DNA of 64,000 bases, taken from an uncultured Gemmataceae bacterium (lineage in GTDB: Bacteria; Planctomycetota; Planctomycetia; Gemmatales; Gemmataceae). Position 1 is the stretch's first letter. Each line of letters starts with the position of its first letter. Position numbers and translations under genes: made by a program. The stretch is from the NCBI GenBank assembly GCA_963750165.1, contig CAVVPN010000011.1:864001-928000 (forward strand), read 5' to 3'. Below are positions 9,731 through 19,435 of this stretch, one piece after another. Under the pieces are notes generated by a model. The model saw only the letters and a list, made by a program, of their open reading frames with translations, was not told the origin of the DNA and did not search any database.

Positions 9731-11269
9731 TGTCATGGAACAATAGAAATGTCCGCATTTTGGGAACAATAAAAATGTCCGCTGTCACAGGGTTGTCACT
9801 TTTGCTTTTTGAACGGCTGCCGCCAGGGGTGATCTTCGGCTGGACCGCGGCGCCGCTTCGGGGTATCTTCCCCCGCGCCGTCGGGAGGATAGGGCTCCGC
9901 AGGAGTGCGACCCGAGCGCCCGCCGGTCGGCTGCATGCCAGTCGGCTCGGCCCCCTCACCCGGGGCCGGGCTTTCTTCTTCCCCATTGGCATCGGCCGCC
10001 AAGGCGTTAAACTCCGGGGGTCTGGGGGCTCTGCCCCCAGGGCGGCACCCCGCTGGGACCTCCCGGTACTTCAGATAGCGGCCGCCGAAGCGGATCGCCA
10101 GCTCCCCATCCAGCCGCAGTTCGATCACCACTTTGCCGCCGCGCTGCCCCGGGTAGATCGGCTTGAGCAACTGATAGCAGCGGTTGCGGAAGCGGATCGT
10201 GTAGTCGTTGGCGACCACGCGCTCCTCCTGGAGCGACAGGATCGCCGCCAGGTCGTGCGCCGGCCCCAGCGGCCGGTGCGCGTCGCCGACGTGCCGCGCC
10301 GCCTGGGTGAAGCGGCGGTTGTGCGCGGGCAACAGCCGCTCCAGCACCGCATTGGCCTGCGCAGGTGGTCACCCCCGCCAGGCGCAGTTCCTTGACCCAC
10401 CGATCCTGGGCGGTGCCGAACGAGCGCTCGAGCCGCCCCTTGGCCTGCGGGCTGTGGGCGCGGATCAGGCCGATGCCCAGCTCGCGCAGCGCCCGGCCGA
10501 ACTGGGTCTCGGCGTCCGGCAAGGCCTTGCCCTTGTCCTGGGGCGCGAAGATGCTGTGCCGGTCGGTGTACAACTCCAACGGCCGGCCGAACCGGCGCAG
10601 CCAGCGGCCCAGCAGGTCCAGGTGCGTCTCGGTCGTGGCCGCCGGGTAGAAGCGCGCCAGCACGCGGCTGGTGGCGTCGTCGATCAAGCTGATCAAGACC
10701 ACCTCCTCGCCGCGCCCCTCGAGCCAGTCGTGGATCGAGGCGTCCATCTGGACCAGCTCGCCGAAGCAGGCGCGCCGAGGCCGGCGGCTGCGGTGTTGCT
10801 CGCGGCGGCGCTGGCGCTGCCACAGGCCGGCGGCCAGCAGCCAGCGGCGCAGCGTCTGCGGGCAGACCACCAGCCCCTCCTGGGCCAGCTTCTCGCTGGC
10901 GAAGGGGGGGCCGAAGTCGGCGTAGCGCTGGCGGTAGGCCCGCAGGACGGCGTGCCGGAGGGCGGCGTCGGCCTGGTGGTTGGAAGGCTGGCCGCGCAGC
11001 CCGTGGACCAGGGCGTCGTCGCCGTGCGCTTCGAGTTGCGCTGCAGGCGGCGGACCTGGCGGGTGCTGAGGTCGAGCACCCGAGCGGCCTCGGCCTGGGT
11101 GCGCTCGCCGCGCAGGACGCCGTGCATGACCTTGAGGACATCGCGTTCCTTCTGGCTCATGGCGATCCGGTCTGTGGGAAGCACGTCGATAGGCATGGCT
11201 CCTCCTTGGCCTGGGCAAGGAGGACATTTCTATCGCGTTAAGACCGGACATTTCTATTGTCGTTCAACA
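9731..11269 (-). mobile_element. IS1202-like (ISNCY/IS481-related) insertion sequence
   Basis: Terminal IRs TGT-N6-ACAATAGAAATGTCC at both ends, each with a second AAATGTCC copy inside; no target duplication seen. Confidence 0.85.
9796..11196 (-). CDS. DDE transposase with N-terminal HTH, frameshifted near 11040 and 10355
   Basis: AGGAGG RBS; GELVQMDASIHDW, IDDATSR, LYTDRHSIF, SPQAKGRLERSFGTAQDR. Confidence 0.85.
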
Positions 11270-11320
11270 GGTGAGTTGTACTGTCGCACGCTGTTCCGCG
11301 GAATTACGGTATATTTTGAA

Positions 11321-11479
11321 CTGCACTTTCCAAGAAAACCTAACAAGCGGCGGCAACCTGTTTGTGGTCAGTCACTTACAACCCATCAACGACTGTTGAT
11401 GCCTGGCCTCCCGTTTTTCAGAATCCCAGTGTTTTTCAGGGTTTTCGCCTTCCGTGTTAGCTTTTCTCGGAAAGTGCAG
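11321..11479. mobile_element. 159-bp MITE
   Basis: 25-bp terminal IRs (CTGCACTTTCC[A/G]AGAAAA[C/G]CTAACA, 23/25 identical) flanked by the 7-bp direct repeat TTTTGAA (11314-11320 and 11480-11486). Confidence 0.8.
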
Positions 11480-11549
11480 TTTTGAAGTATCCGGTACAGA
11501 ATCCGGTACGCCGGTACGGCACCCGATCGGTCTGTATTGAGACACTTAG

Positions 11550-13287
11550 CCCGGATTACGCACCGTGCGACATTACCGGCGCATAATATCTCTTGAATGA
11601 CAGGCCGTTCGTTTGTGTGGGTTGGCGCAGCTGTTGTCCTGGGCTTTTGCAGCTGCGCAACCCCTTTTTCCCGCCCCCGGCGCGCACCGCGCCCGCCGAC
11701 GGCCGCGCGGGCCGTCTACCAGGCCACCAACCCTCAGTTGGCCACCCCTTCACCGACTGGCACCCGCCCAGCCACCTGACTCACATAGCGCCGCCACTGC
11801 CGCCTGCACCCGCAGCCACACCCCCCGGTACGGCCAGGTCTCCGACACGTGCAACCACACCCGCCGCGCGCTCGTCACCACGACGGCACCGGCCTTCCAC
11901 AAGCGCTGCCGCAACGTCCCCACGGACGCCGTCGCCACCTCGGGCACCGCTGCCGCCGCCTCCCGGAAGAGCACCACCACCGCGTAAGCCAGGGCATGCA
12001 CCAGCAAGCGGAAGGCGTTGGCGCAGAAGCCGCAGGCGCTCAGCCGGTCGCAGCGCAGGCCGTTCTTCATCTCCCCGATCGGCTGCTCCGGCACTTGGCC
12101 CCGCGGCGTGTACAGCCCGTGGTAGACCTCCGCCGGCGGTTCGGAGCGGTTCGTGACCACGAAGCGCCGCTGACTGCCGTGCGGGTTCATCTCCACCTTG
12201 GCGATCACCCGCCGCGCGTGCGGCCAACTGCCCGCCTGGTAGTCACGCACCTCCTCGAAACGCTGCACGTGCGGCTCGCGCGCGCCATAAAACTGGTAGT
12301 ACAACTCCACATCCGCCAGCGCTGCCGCCGTGGCCCGCTCCAGCACCGCATTGCTGGCGTAACCGCTGACGTAGTCCAGGTGCTCGGCTTCGCAGAACTC
12401 CTAGACGGCGGGCACTCCCAGGCCGTTGTCGGCGCGCACCAGGATGCGGACCTCGGGCCAGGCGGCGCGCAGGGCGGCGACGATCGCCCCGAGGATGTCC
12501 ACGGCCCCCAGGCTGGCGTGGATGGCGCCGGGCCGTAGCCAGACGGCCAGGGGGAAGCCGCTGTGCCCCTCGTAGACGTGCAAGGGCAGGAACTGATGCT
12601 GCCGGTAGTAGCCGTGGTAGCCGCTGAGGGCCTGCGCACCAGGGGTGGGATCGTCGCTGGCATCGGCGTCGCGGATCACCTCGGCCGGCGCCTGGCCGCG
12701 CGTGCGGATGAAGAGGTCCACCAGGTAGCGGTTGAGGATCTTCAGGCGCTGGGTCTGGGCGGCACGGACCTCCTGGAGGACGGGCCGTTCTTCGGGGGGC
12801 AGTTCGGCATCGCGGCGGCTGAAGGCGTAAGCGAAGCGCGCCAGCGTGCTACCCGAGGCGAGGGGTTGCTCGGCGTCGGGACTGACGTCGGCGCGGATCT
12901 GGAAGAGGGGGTCGGCGCGGAGGTCGTCGTGGTCGTTGTGGTCGGGGTAGCCGGCGAGCAGGGCGTAGACCTCCTGGGTGAGCAGCGCCTCGACGGAGTG
13001 GCGGATGAACTTGGGGGAACGCGGGTCGGGCAGTTGGGGTGCGAGGTCAGCGATGACGCGCAGGGGGCGTTCCAGGGCGCGGACGGCGAGCAGGCCGGCA
13101 TCGGCGACGAGGCGGCCGCCCTGGAAATCGATAAGGAGTTGTTGCGAGCCAAGGTTCCACAGGGTAAGGTGGTCGGTAACTTCGGGAGCCATGATCTTGA
13201 GCCTCCACAGATGGTTAAGTGCCGGTCATCACAACACTTAACTACTGTGGCAGGCTCTTTTCACAAATCCTCGGTGCGTAATCCGGG
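11550..13287 (-). mobile_element. IS1380-family insertion sequence
   Basis: Perfect 16-bp IRs CCCGGATTACGCACCG; flanks TTAG and CTAG. Confidence 0.85.
11750..13192 (-). pseudogene. IS1380 transposase with an in-frame TAG at 12401-12403
   Basis: ORFs 12401-13192 and 11750-12346 share a frame; motifs FQGGRLVADAGLL, YHGYY, VRADNG, RFVVTN, EMKNGL. Confidence 0.85.
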
Positions 13288-14567
13288 CTAGGAAGTGCGT
13301 ACCGGGGCTCGGTCGGTGAGGATGAAAAGGAATGCCGTTTGGGATTGCCAGGTAAACGCCGGTGACTGATTCCTTGTCTGCAGCTCAGCCGCACTGGAGG
13401 CGTCTCTCGGTCTGCCGCCAGGGTGTTTGACACCGCCCTGGTGGACTCTTCGCATTTGCCGGGTGGTCGCCCTCAACTTTCTCTGCGACCGAATGGGGCT
13501 GTTGTCAAAGTCGGGTTAACAAAAGCTCCATTGACGACCACAAGACGGACAACGCAGATTGCAAAACTTCACAAGATTGCTTGCCCCGTGACGGCGGATA
13601 ACCGACCATCCACCCCTTCCTTGTCGCGTGGGTGCTTTTTTCAGGGAAAATGGCGAGGTTGGCACGGTGCCGCCCACAACGAGGAAGTATCCAAGGCGGT
13701 TGGGTGGCTTCCCAGCGGCGAGTTGGAGACGTTGAACGGGTGCGACCTCGACAACTGTCGGATCCATTCGAGGTTTCGCGGCAGACTTCCCCAGGGTGCG
13801 GCGCCCGGAAGTCTGTTCCCTGGTCCTTCTTCTCGTCGCCTGTGCCGCCTGGCTGCCGTGCGACATTTGGCTCTTCCATGAGCGTCATAGGCTGCACCGG
13901 ACACGCAAAACGGGGTTTTGCCCACCCACCCCCTTTCCCACGTCCTGTTGCACGAACAGTGCGATTCTTCGCCACACCTGGCACTCCTTCCCGGTCCGCC
14001 TCGCCGATCGCAGGGTTTTCTTGGTCCGTTTCACTCTGGGCGTCAGCGGGCAGACAGGAGAGCCTGAGCGGCAACCTCGGGCGCAAGTCCCGACCGTGAG
14101 CAAAGGTTGCTGCCAGTCCCGGGTGACGCACGTCGTCGGCGCGGTGACTTCCTGGCGCTCGTCAGCCCGACGCTCTGGGCGTAGCCCCCGAAAACGCATC
14201 GCTGGGGCGGACGACGCGCGCAACGGCCATTGGCTTGCCTGCGCTTGTCGATGTGACCGGAGAGCCCAGCGTGACGAGGCATATGCGCGGCGGTGGTCGG
14301 GACCGAAGCACGATGCAGAATTGGGTTTAGCCGCCAATCCCGGCGAGCGCAGCGGTTATGGCCGCACCGACTCCCACAGAGCCCACTTCGGATAACGCCC
14401 TACAGCGCCTGGCAGAACGACTCAGTTCACGTGCGGGCCACTCGACTCAATGCTCAATTGCAACCTCAGTTGGCCCGTCACGTGCAACCGCTAGTTCGGC
14501 CCATTTCACTTTCCAGACGCCTAAATCGAGCTGCGTCCCCTGGTATGTGGGTTTTAACAAAGAAATC

Positions 14568-16075
14568 GAGACTTTAGCATAGCCGGTGACCGAATCCGGC
14601 CCGACCAGGCGTAAAATGAATATAGGGGGGGCATTTGGGTGTGGAGGGCACAGCCATGTTCGGACCAGGCGAGTACGTCCCGGACGTCACCGAGGGCATT
14701 TCCTCGCCCGAAGACCTCCCCAAGCCGCGCCGCGAACGCCGCAGCCGTAACTACCGCGCACGCCGCTGCCCCCATTGTGGTGCCCGCGCCGGCCGCTACA
14801 GCATTGACGTCCGCACCTTGCACGACCTGGGCGACCCGCGCGTCGGCCGCCCCATCGACCTCAGCGTCACCTACTCCAAACATCACTGCCCCCACTGTGA
14901 CTGCTACTTCGCCGTCGAGCTCTCCGACCTGGCCTGGCCCAAGTGCCACTACACCCGCCGCGTCCAGGAGTTGGCCGTCCGCCTGGTGGCCGAGGATGGG
15001 CTGCCCTACCAGGCCGCCTCCTGGCATCTCTGGCGCGACCACCGCGTCTTCGTCCCCTACGCCACCATCCAGAACTGGGTCGAGGCGGCTGGGGAAAAAA
15101 AAGGTGGCCGGCCTGTCCAGCACCTATCTCGACGAGGCCCTGGCTGACTTCTCCGGTTACCTGGCCATCGACGAAGTCTACGATGGCCCGCACTGCATCC
15201 TCAGCGTGGTGGATAACCGCCGCTACCACCGGCTGGCCGTCCGCGTCCTCGAACACGACCCGACGCAGGACGACGTCCGCGTTTTCCTCACGGACTTCCA
15301 GGCGCAGTTGCAGCAACGCGGCCTGGCCGTGCGCGGCATCACCACGGACGGGTCGCCGCTTTATCCCAAGGTGCTCAAGGAGTTGTGGCCTGCTGTCCCG
15401 CACCAGCGTTGCCGCTTCCACATCCTCAAGGAGATCACCAAGGCGGTACTGCGGGCGCTGGCCAAGTTGCGCAAGCAGATCAAGGCCACGATCCCCAAGC
15501 AGCGGCGCGGCCGACCCCGCCAACAGGACCAAGCCCAGGCGCGGCGGAGCCAGCGGTTGCAGCAGCGCGTCGCGGACCTGTTCGAGCACCGTCACTTGTT
15601 CGTGCGACATCACCTCAGCGCGGCCCAGAAGCAACTGCTGAAGCGCCTGACGCGCGGCCAGCCGCACCTACGTGTCTTGCGTGACATCATGGACGAAGTA
15701 TACCGCTTGTTCGACCGCCGTTGCCGGCGAGTGACAGCGCTGTGGCGTCTGCTGAAATTGCGGCAACGGGTGCGGCGGTTCAAGCGCCTGGCGCGTGCCT
15801 TGCGGGAGTTGAATAGTCCCGGTTTGGCCAAGGCGCTGCTGTTTTTGGATGACCGTTTGTTGGGATCGACAAGCAACGCGGTAGAGCGGGCCAATCGGCG
15901 TTTCCGCAAGGCGCAGAAGAGCATCTACGGAGTGCGGACCAAGCAGCACTTGGACCAGCGCCTGGCCTTGGACATGAACCGCGAACTGCGCGCTGGCCAA
16001 CGCGCTCGGACTCTGAAAACCCTGCACCACGCTCGCTCCGATCCTGATTCGGGCCACTGTTGATGCTAAAGTGTC
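14568..16075 (+). mobile_element. ISL3/IS256-like insertion sequence
   Basis: 13-bp IRs GA[G/C]ACTTTAGCAT; 8-bp TSD AAGAAATC (14560-14567 and 16076-16083). Confidence 0.85.
14656..16063 (+). CDS. Transposase (Zn finger plus DDE), split at a G4A8 run (15091-15102)
   Basis: CPHC...HHCPHC in ORF1; LAIDEVY, ITTDGS, CRFH and SNAVERANR in the +1 frame. Confidence 0.8.
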
Positions 16076-16273
16076 AAGAAATCACCCCTTTTTCTTTCTG
16101 ATTGTTGGAGAAATGCGCGCCAGGGCCACGGCGCGTCGCAGATGGCCAACGCCTTTCCGAGTAACGAGTTGTGTCACCCACACCCAATTTCCTACCAGCG
16201 CAGGCGCTCTCATTCCGAGTCTCGGGCGGACCCCGCGCGGGACGCGAACTGCATACAGAAATGTCGCGCGCGT

Positions 16274-16328
16274 GTTAACCGGATTGGGGAAAAGTTCGGG
16301 CGCCAAAACCTGGAACAATCCGGTTAAC
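16274..16328. repeat. 13-bp perfect inverted repeat downstream of the RiPP genes
   Basis: GTTAACCGGATTG (16274-16286) and CAATCCGGTTAAC (16316-16328). Confidence 0.6.
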
Positions 16329-16469
16329 GGGGCGCGCGAGCGCGCGACTGCCTTCAGCAGACTTCCTCCTGCTCCCGAAACAGCGAGCCTCGCGACTCCT
16401 GCCTCGGCAAAGGCCGTGTCATCTCCCAGGCGGCGCCTTGGGGAGGTTCAACCTGAATCTCCACTTCCC

Positions 16470-16674
16470 TTAGCATTCCACCGAGACATGCACCGAAATA
16501 TTGGGGGCGCGTCGCCATGGACTGATGAATCCTGTTCGCCTCGGCGACGAAGTTCGCGAAGGCTTCGTTGCGGATGATCACGTTCCCCTCGTCGGTCATT
16601 TTGAACAACTCAGACATGTTCTCGCTGGGCAGCTTGAGTGCCAGCGAGCTGGAATGACCAGTAATCTGCGACAT
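16470..16674 (-). CDS. Putative RiPP precursor peptide (67 aa if one C of a C5 run is removed; otherwise 106 aa ending at 16354)
   Basis: AGGAG RBS and ATG at 16674, 85 nt after the radical SAM stop; MSQITGHSSSLALKLPSENMSELFKMTDEGNVIIRNEAFANFVAEANRIHQSMATRP, then NISVHVSVEC* in the adjacent frame. Confidence 0.55.
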
Positions 16675-16759
16675 GGAAAATCTCCTGATAGTGCTGTCGG
16701 GCGTGATGACACAGGTTTCATGCGGCCGGTTCCGCCCGATTCTCCCGGCCGAGCATGAT

Positions 16760-18877
16760 TCAGTCTGATGCCAAAGCATACTTATAGCAGTTCAGGGATG
16801 TCAGACCAGTGCCATTATCGCAATGTCCGATTGTCTGGAGCGCCTCCTGAAGGCGCTGAAGAACCCCGACACCGGGAGCGTAAGTGCCCAGCGGCACTGC
16901 CAGGGCGAGGTAACTGTCCTTATCTCGGAGCAATAAGCCACGCCCGCACATGGTTTCCAGCAGGAGTTCGACCCTTTCCACACCGGGATACTGTGCAGCA
17001 GCTGCACGCTGTAGATAGGGAAGCGTGCGTACCTGATCGCACTCCAGGTAAAGGAACCGTGCGAGCCTGGAGAGCGTCACCAACGGCGCGCCGGCAACCG
17101 GCCGAAAATCCCAAAGCAGCAGCCAGGGTCCGACTTCGAGAGAGAAGAAATCGGTCTGCGGATAGGAGCTCTGCCAGTCGGCGATCCGACGCGCCAGCGG
17201 GGCCGTGTAAGTTTGCGTGTCAACCCGATCCCTCCGGTCGTAGACAAAAAAGTAGGCGAGATTATGAACTGCCTCCTCGGAGAGGGGATAGACATACGAG
17301 TACGCAGGGTAGGGTCTCACGTTCTGGAAGCCGTGCTCCGCAGGTGTCTCAAAGTTGGGACTGAACCTGTCCAAACGAATCGATGAGGCGCCGTCAGGTG
17401 GGGGCAAATGGGAGAGCAGCGGTATCAGCGCTTCCATCCGGACGTATTCGGCAGGAGGCTCTCCCGGAAACCCCCAGATGATATTCCAGGATGGCACGAT
17501 ACCCAGTTCTTTACACCACTTGAGTAGTTGGATGTTCTGGATCGCACTTACCCCCTTACGCATCAGTCTCAACACGGCATCGCTCAGGCTCTCGATCCCT
17601 GGTTGGATTTGAGTCACTCCGGCCTTGCGGAGCAGGCGTAGCTGCGCCTTGGTTAGATTCGCCTTCACCTCATAGAACAACTCAAGACCTGAGCCGCTCG
17701 GCCCATGGGACGGGGCGGCGTTTCGCGCAGCGAGCGCTGGGAGAAAGTCCGAAAAGTAATGCATGTCCAGGATATTATCGACCACGGATACCTGCAAACC
17801 GGGGTGGTGCCGGCTCAATGCTTCCAGTTCATGCAAAGCGCGAGCGGCCGACTTGCTCCGGTGCGTCATGGTCTGGCCGTTGAGACCACAAAACGTGCAG
17901 TGATGTTTCTGGCCCCACCAGCAGCCGCGCGAGGTTTCGAACAGCAGCCGGGGCCGAACCGGCAAGTCCATTTCTGCACATTGGAGTTGTGTGAAGAAGT
18001 CATCAAAGTCAGGCACGGGTAAGTCGTCCATCCGCGCTACTTGCGGTGCGCTGTGTACCGGCCCTTCGGCTCCGATGTCCTGGCGAGTCAGCACCCCCGG
18101 GAGGCCAGCTCCGTCATGACCCTCCAGCGCCCGCATGGCTAGCTGAGTGATGATCATTTCGCCAGGGCCCGAGACGACCGCATCGACGAACGGGAATTGT
18201 CGGAGCAACTCGCGTCCCATCATGCCCTCGCAGTTGGCGCCGCCGAAGACCAGGAGAGTCTCGGGGAGCCGCTCACGAAGCTGGCGCGCCAAGGCCAGCG
18301 ATGCAAGGTTCTGCTGGAATACTGTTGTGAAGCCGACCATCCGTGGCTGTCGCGCGCTGATTTTCTCCACGCAGGCTTGGAGGAACGACGCGACGCGCTG
18401 GCGAACGCTGAGTAATTCGTCCTGGAACTCCTCGGAAACCTTCCTTCGGTTCTCCGCCGTTTTGTGGTGGGCTGGGTGCCCCCCCCGCAGGACTTCTCGG
18501 AGGTACTCCCACGCTGCTGAATCCGTCTGCTGGAAAACCGCAGCCGAAAAGATCCACTCCCCTGCTAGGTCGTGATTGGCCGGGGCGCCGGCTGCGATCT
18601 TGGAGTAGACGGTCGGATTTACTTGCTGAGCGAAGTCGATCCCGAAGTAAAGGATTTCTGAAGCGATCCTGTCGAACGCCAGCTTGGCTTTCAGCAGGCT
18701 AAGTCCTAGCGAAGGTGTCAGCAACGGGGCGAAGGGCATGGAGACGAACAAAATCTCAGCGCGCGTGGGTTTTTCGCGTACCGGCCACGGCAAGGGGTTT
18801 GTTGTGTCCGCGTTCGATAGTCCAGGATGAAGTTGAACGGATGACGTTCCTCGCTCAGCCAAAACGGGTAGTTCCAT
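16760..18877 (-). CDS. RiPP-maturation B12-dependent radical SAM C-methyltransferase (TIGR03975/PoyC-like)
   Basis: VSMPF...PSLGLSLLKA, GEWIF, VFGGANCEG (B12 domain); ETSRGCWWGQKHHCTFCG (CX7CX2C); FYEVKANL, IQPGIES, RLDRFSP. Confidence 0.92.
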   Translation of the reverse strand: MELPVLAERGTSSVQLHPGLSNADTTNPLPWPVREKPTRAEILFVSMPFAPLLTPSLGLSLLKAKLAFDRIASEILYFGIDFAQQVNPTVYSKIAAGAPANHDLAGEWIFSAAVFQQTDSAAWEYLREVLRGGHPAHHKTAENRRKVSEEFQDELLSVRQRVASFLQACVEKISARQPRMVGFTTVFQQNLASLALARQLRERLPETLLVFGGANCEGMMGRELLRQFPFVDAVVSGPGEMIITQLAMRALEGHDGAGLPGVLTRQDIGAEGPVHSAPQVARMDDLPVPDFDDFFTQLQCAEMDLPVRPRLLFETSRGCWWGQKHHCTFCGLNGQTMTHRSKSAARALHELEALSRHHPGLQVSVVDNILDMHYFSDFLPALAARNAAPSHGPSGSGLELFYEVKANLTKAQLRLLRKAGVTQIQPGIESLSDAVLRLMRKGVSAIQNIQLLKWCKELGIVPSWNIIWGFPGEPPAEYVRMEALIPLLSHLPPPDGASSIRLDRFSPNFETPAEHGFQNVRPYPAYSYVYPLSEEAVHNLAYFFVYDRRDRVDTQTYTAPLARRIADWQSSYPQTDFFSLEVGPWLLLWDFRPVAGAPLVTLSRLARFLYLECDQVRTLPYLQRAAAAQYPGVERVELLLETMCGRGLLLRDKDSYLALAVPLGTYAPGVGVLQRLQEALQTIGHCDNGTGLTSLNCYKYALASD

Positions 18878-19261
18878 GATCTCCTACTCCGAATATTCAT
18901 GGCCAAGTGACCGGACGACGCCACTCAGTAGCGGCATCTTTCTCGACGAATGTTCTCATCTGCGATTTATGACGCGCCCGTTTTCCCCGAATGATGAAAC
19001 GCGCCATCATCTGGCAAGGCCAGTTTGCGCGGCTGAGGTGAGAGCGGGAATACTGCGGGGTCGTCCCGCTCAACATTCCGGAGTTGAACACCTGCCGCGA
19101 TCTCTGTCAAGAAAAATCAAGAAAAAGATTCCGCCAGTGGCTGGTTGCCGCGGTGTCCGCGCAAGCATCTGAACATCGAGCACGAGCATTGCCGTGAAAC
19201 GGCGTTGCTCGAAAGGCCGGCTACGCTGACGAGCCAGGCGACAGGAGAGGTATTTCGCCGG

Positions 19262-19375
19262 GGCCACCCACACGGTGTAATAGGGGTTGACGAAAACGGC
19301 CTCGCGAACTCCACGGAACGTTGAGCCGTCGTACGCGTGGTCTTCCTCAGTGAAGCCTCGTGAGCCCGGCATCAT
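19262..19375 (-). pseudogene. 5' fragment of a second catalase-like gene
   Basis: AYDGSTFRGVREAVFVNPY matches EYDGSTFEEVREVVFREPY in the 29082-30344 product; similarity ends after about 36 codons. Confidence 0.6.
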
Positions 19376-19435
19376 TCCACCGTGGCTGGGAATTTGTTTC
19401 GTGCCAGCGTGGGGCGACAGGCAGCGGCCCCGTGT

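Noticed and set aside
11575..11605. GGCGCATAAT as a dif/xrs site targeted by the IS1202-like element
   Set aside because: The XerD arm does not match, and the site lies inside IS1380, not next to the IS1202 end
12401..12403. In-frame TAG as possible pyrrolysine or recoding
   Set aside because: A single TAC-to-TAG change in a transposase explains it; other genes use TAG as stop and no pyl genes are present
13290..14560. Several overlapping 60-200 aa ORFs
   Set aside because: No recognisable motifs, weak codon bias and no consistent RBS; left unannotated
18897..19091. 64-aa ORF upstream of the radical SAM gene as the RiPP precursor
   Set aside because: It has no RBS or precursor-like composition; the downstream ORF at 16674 is better supported
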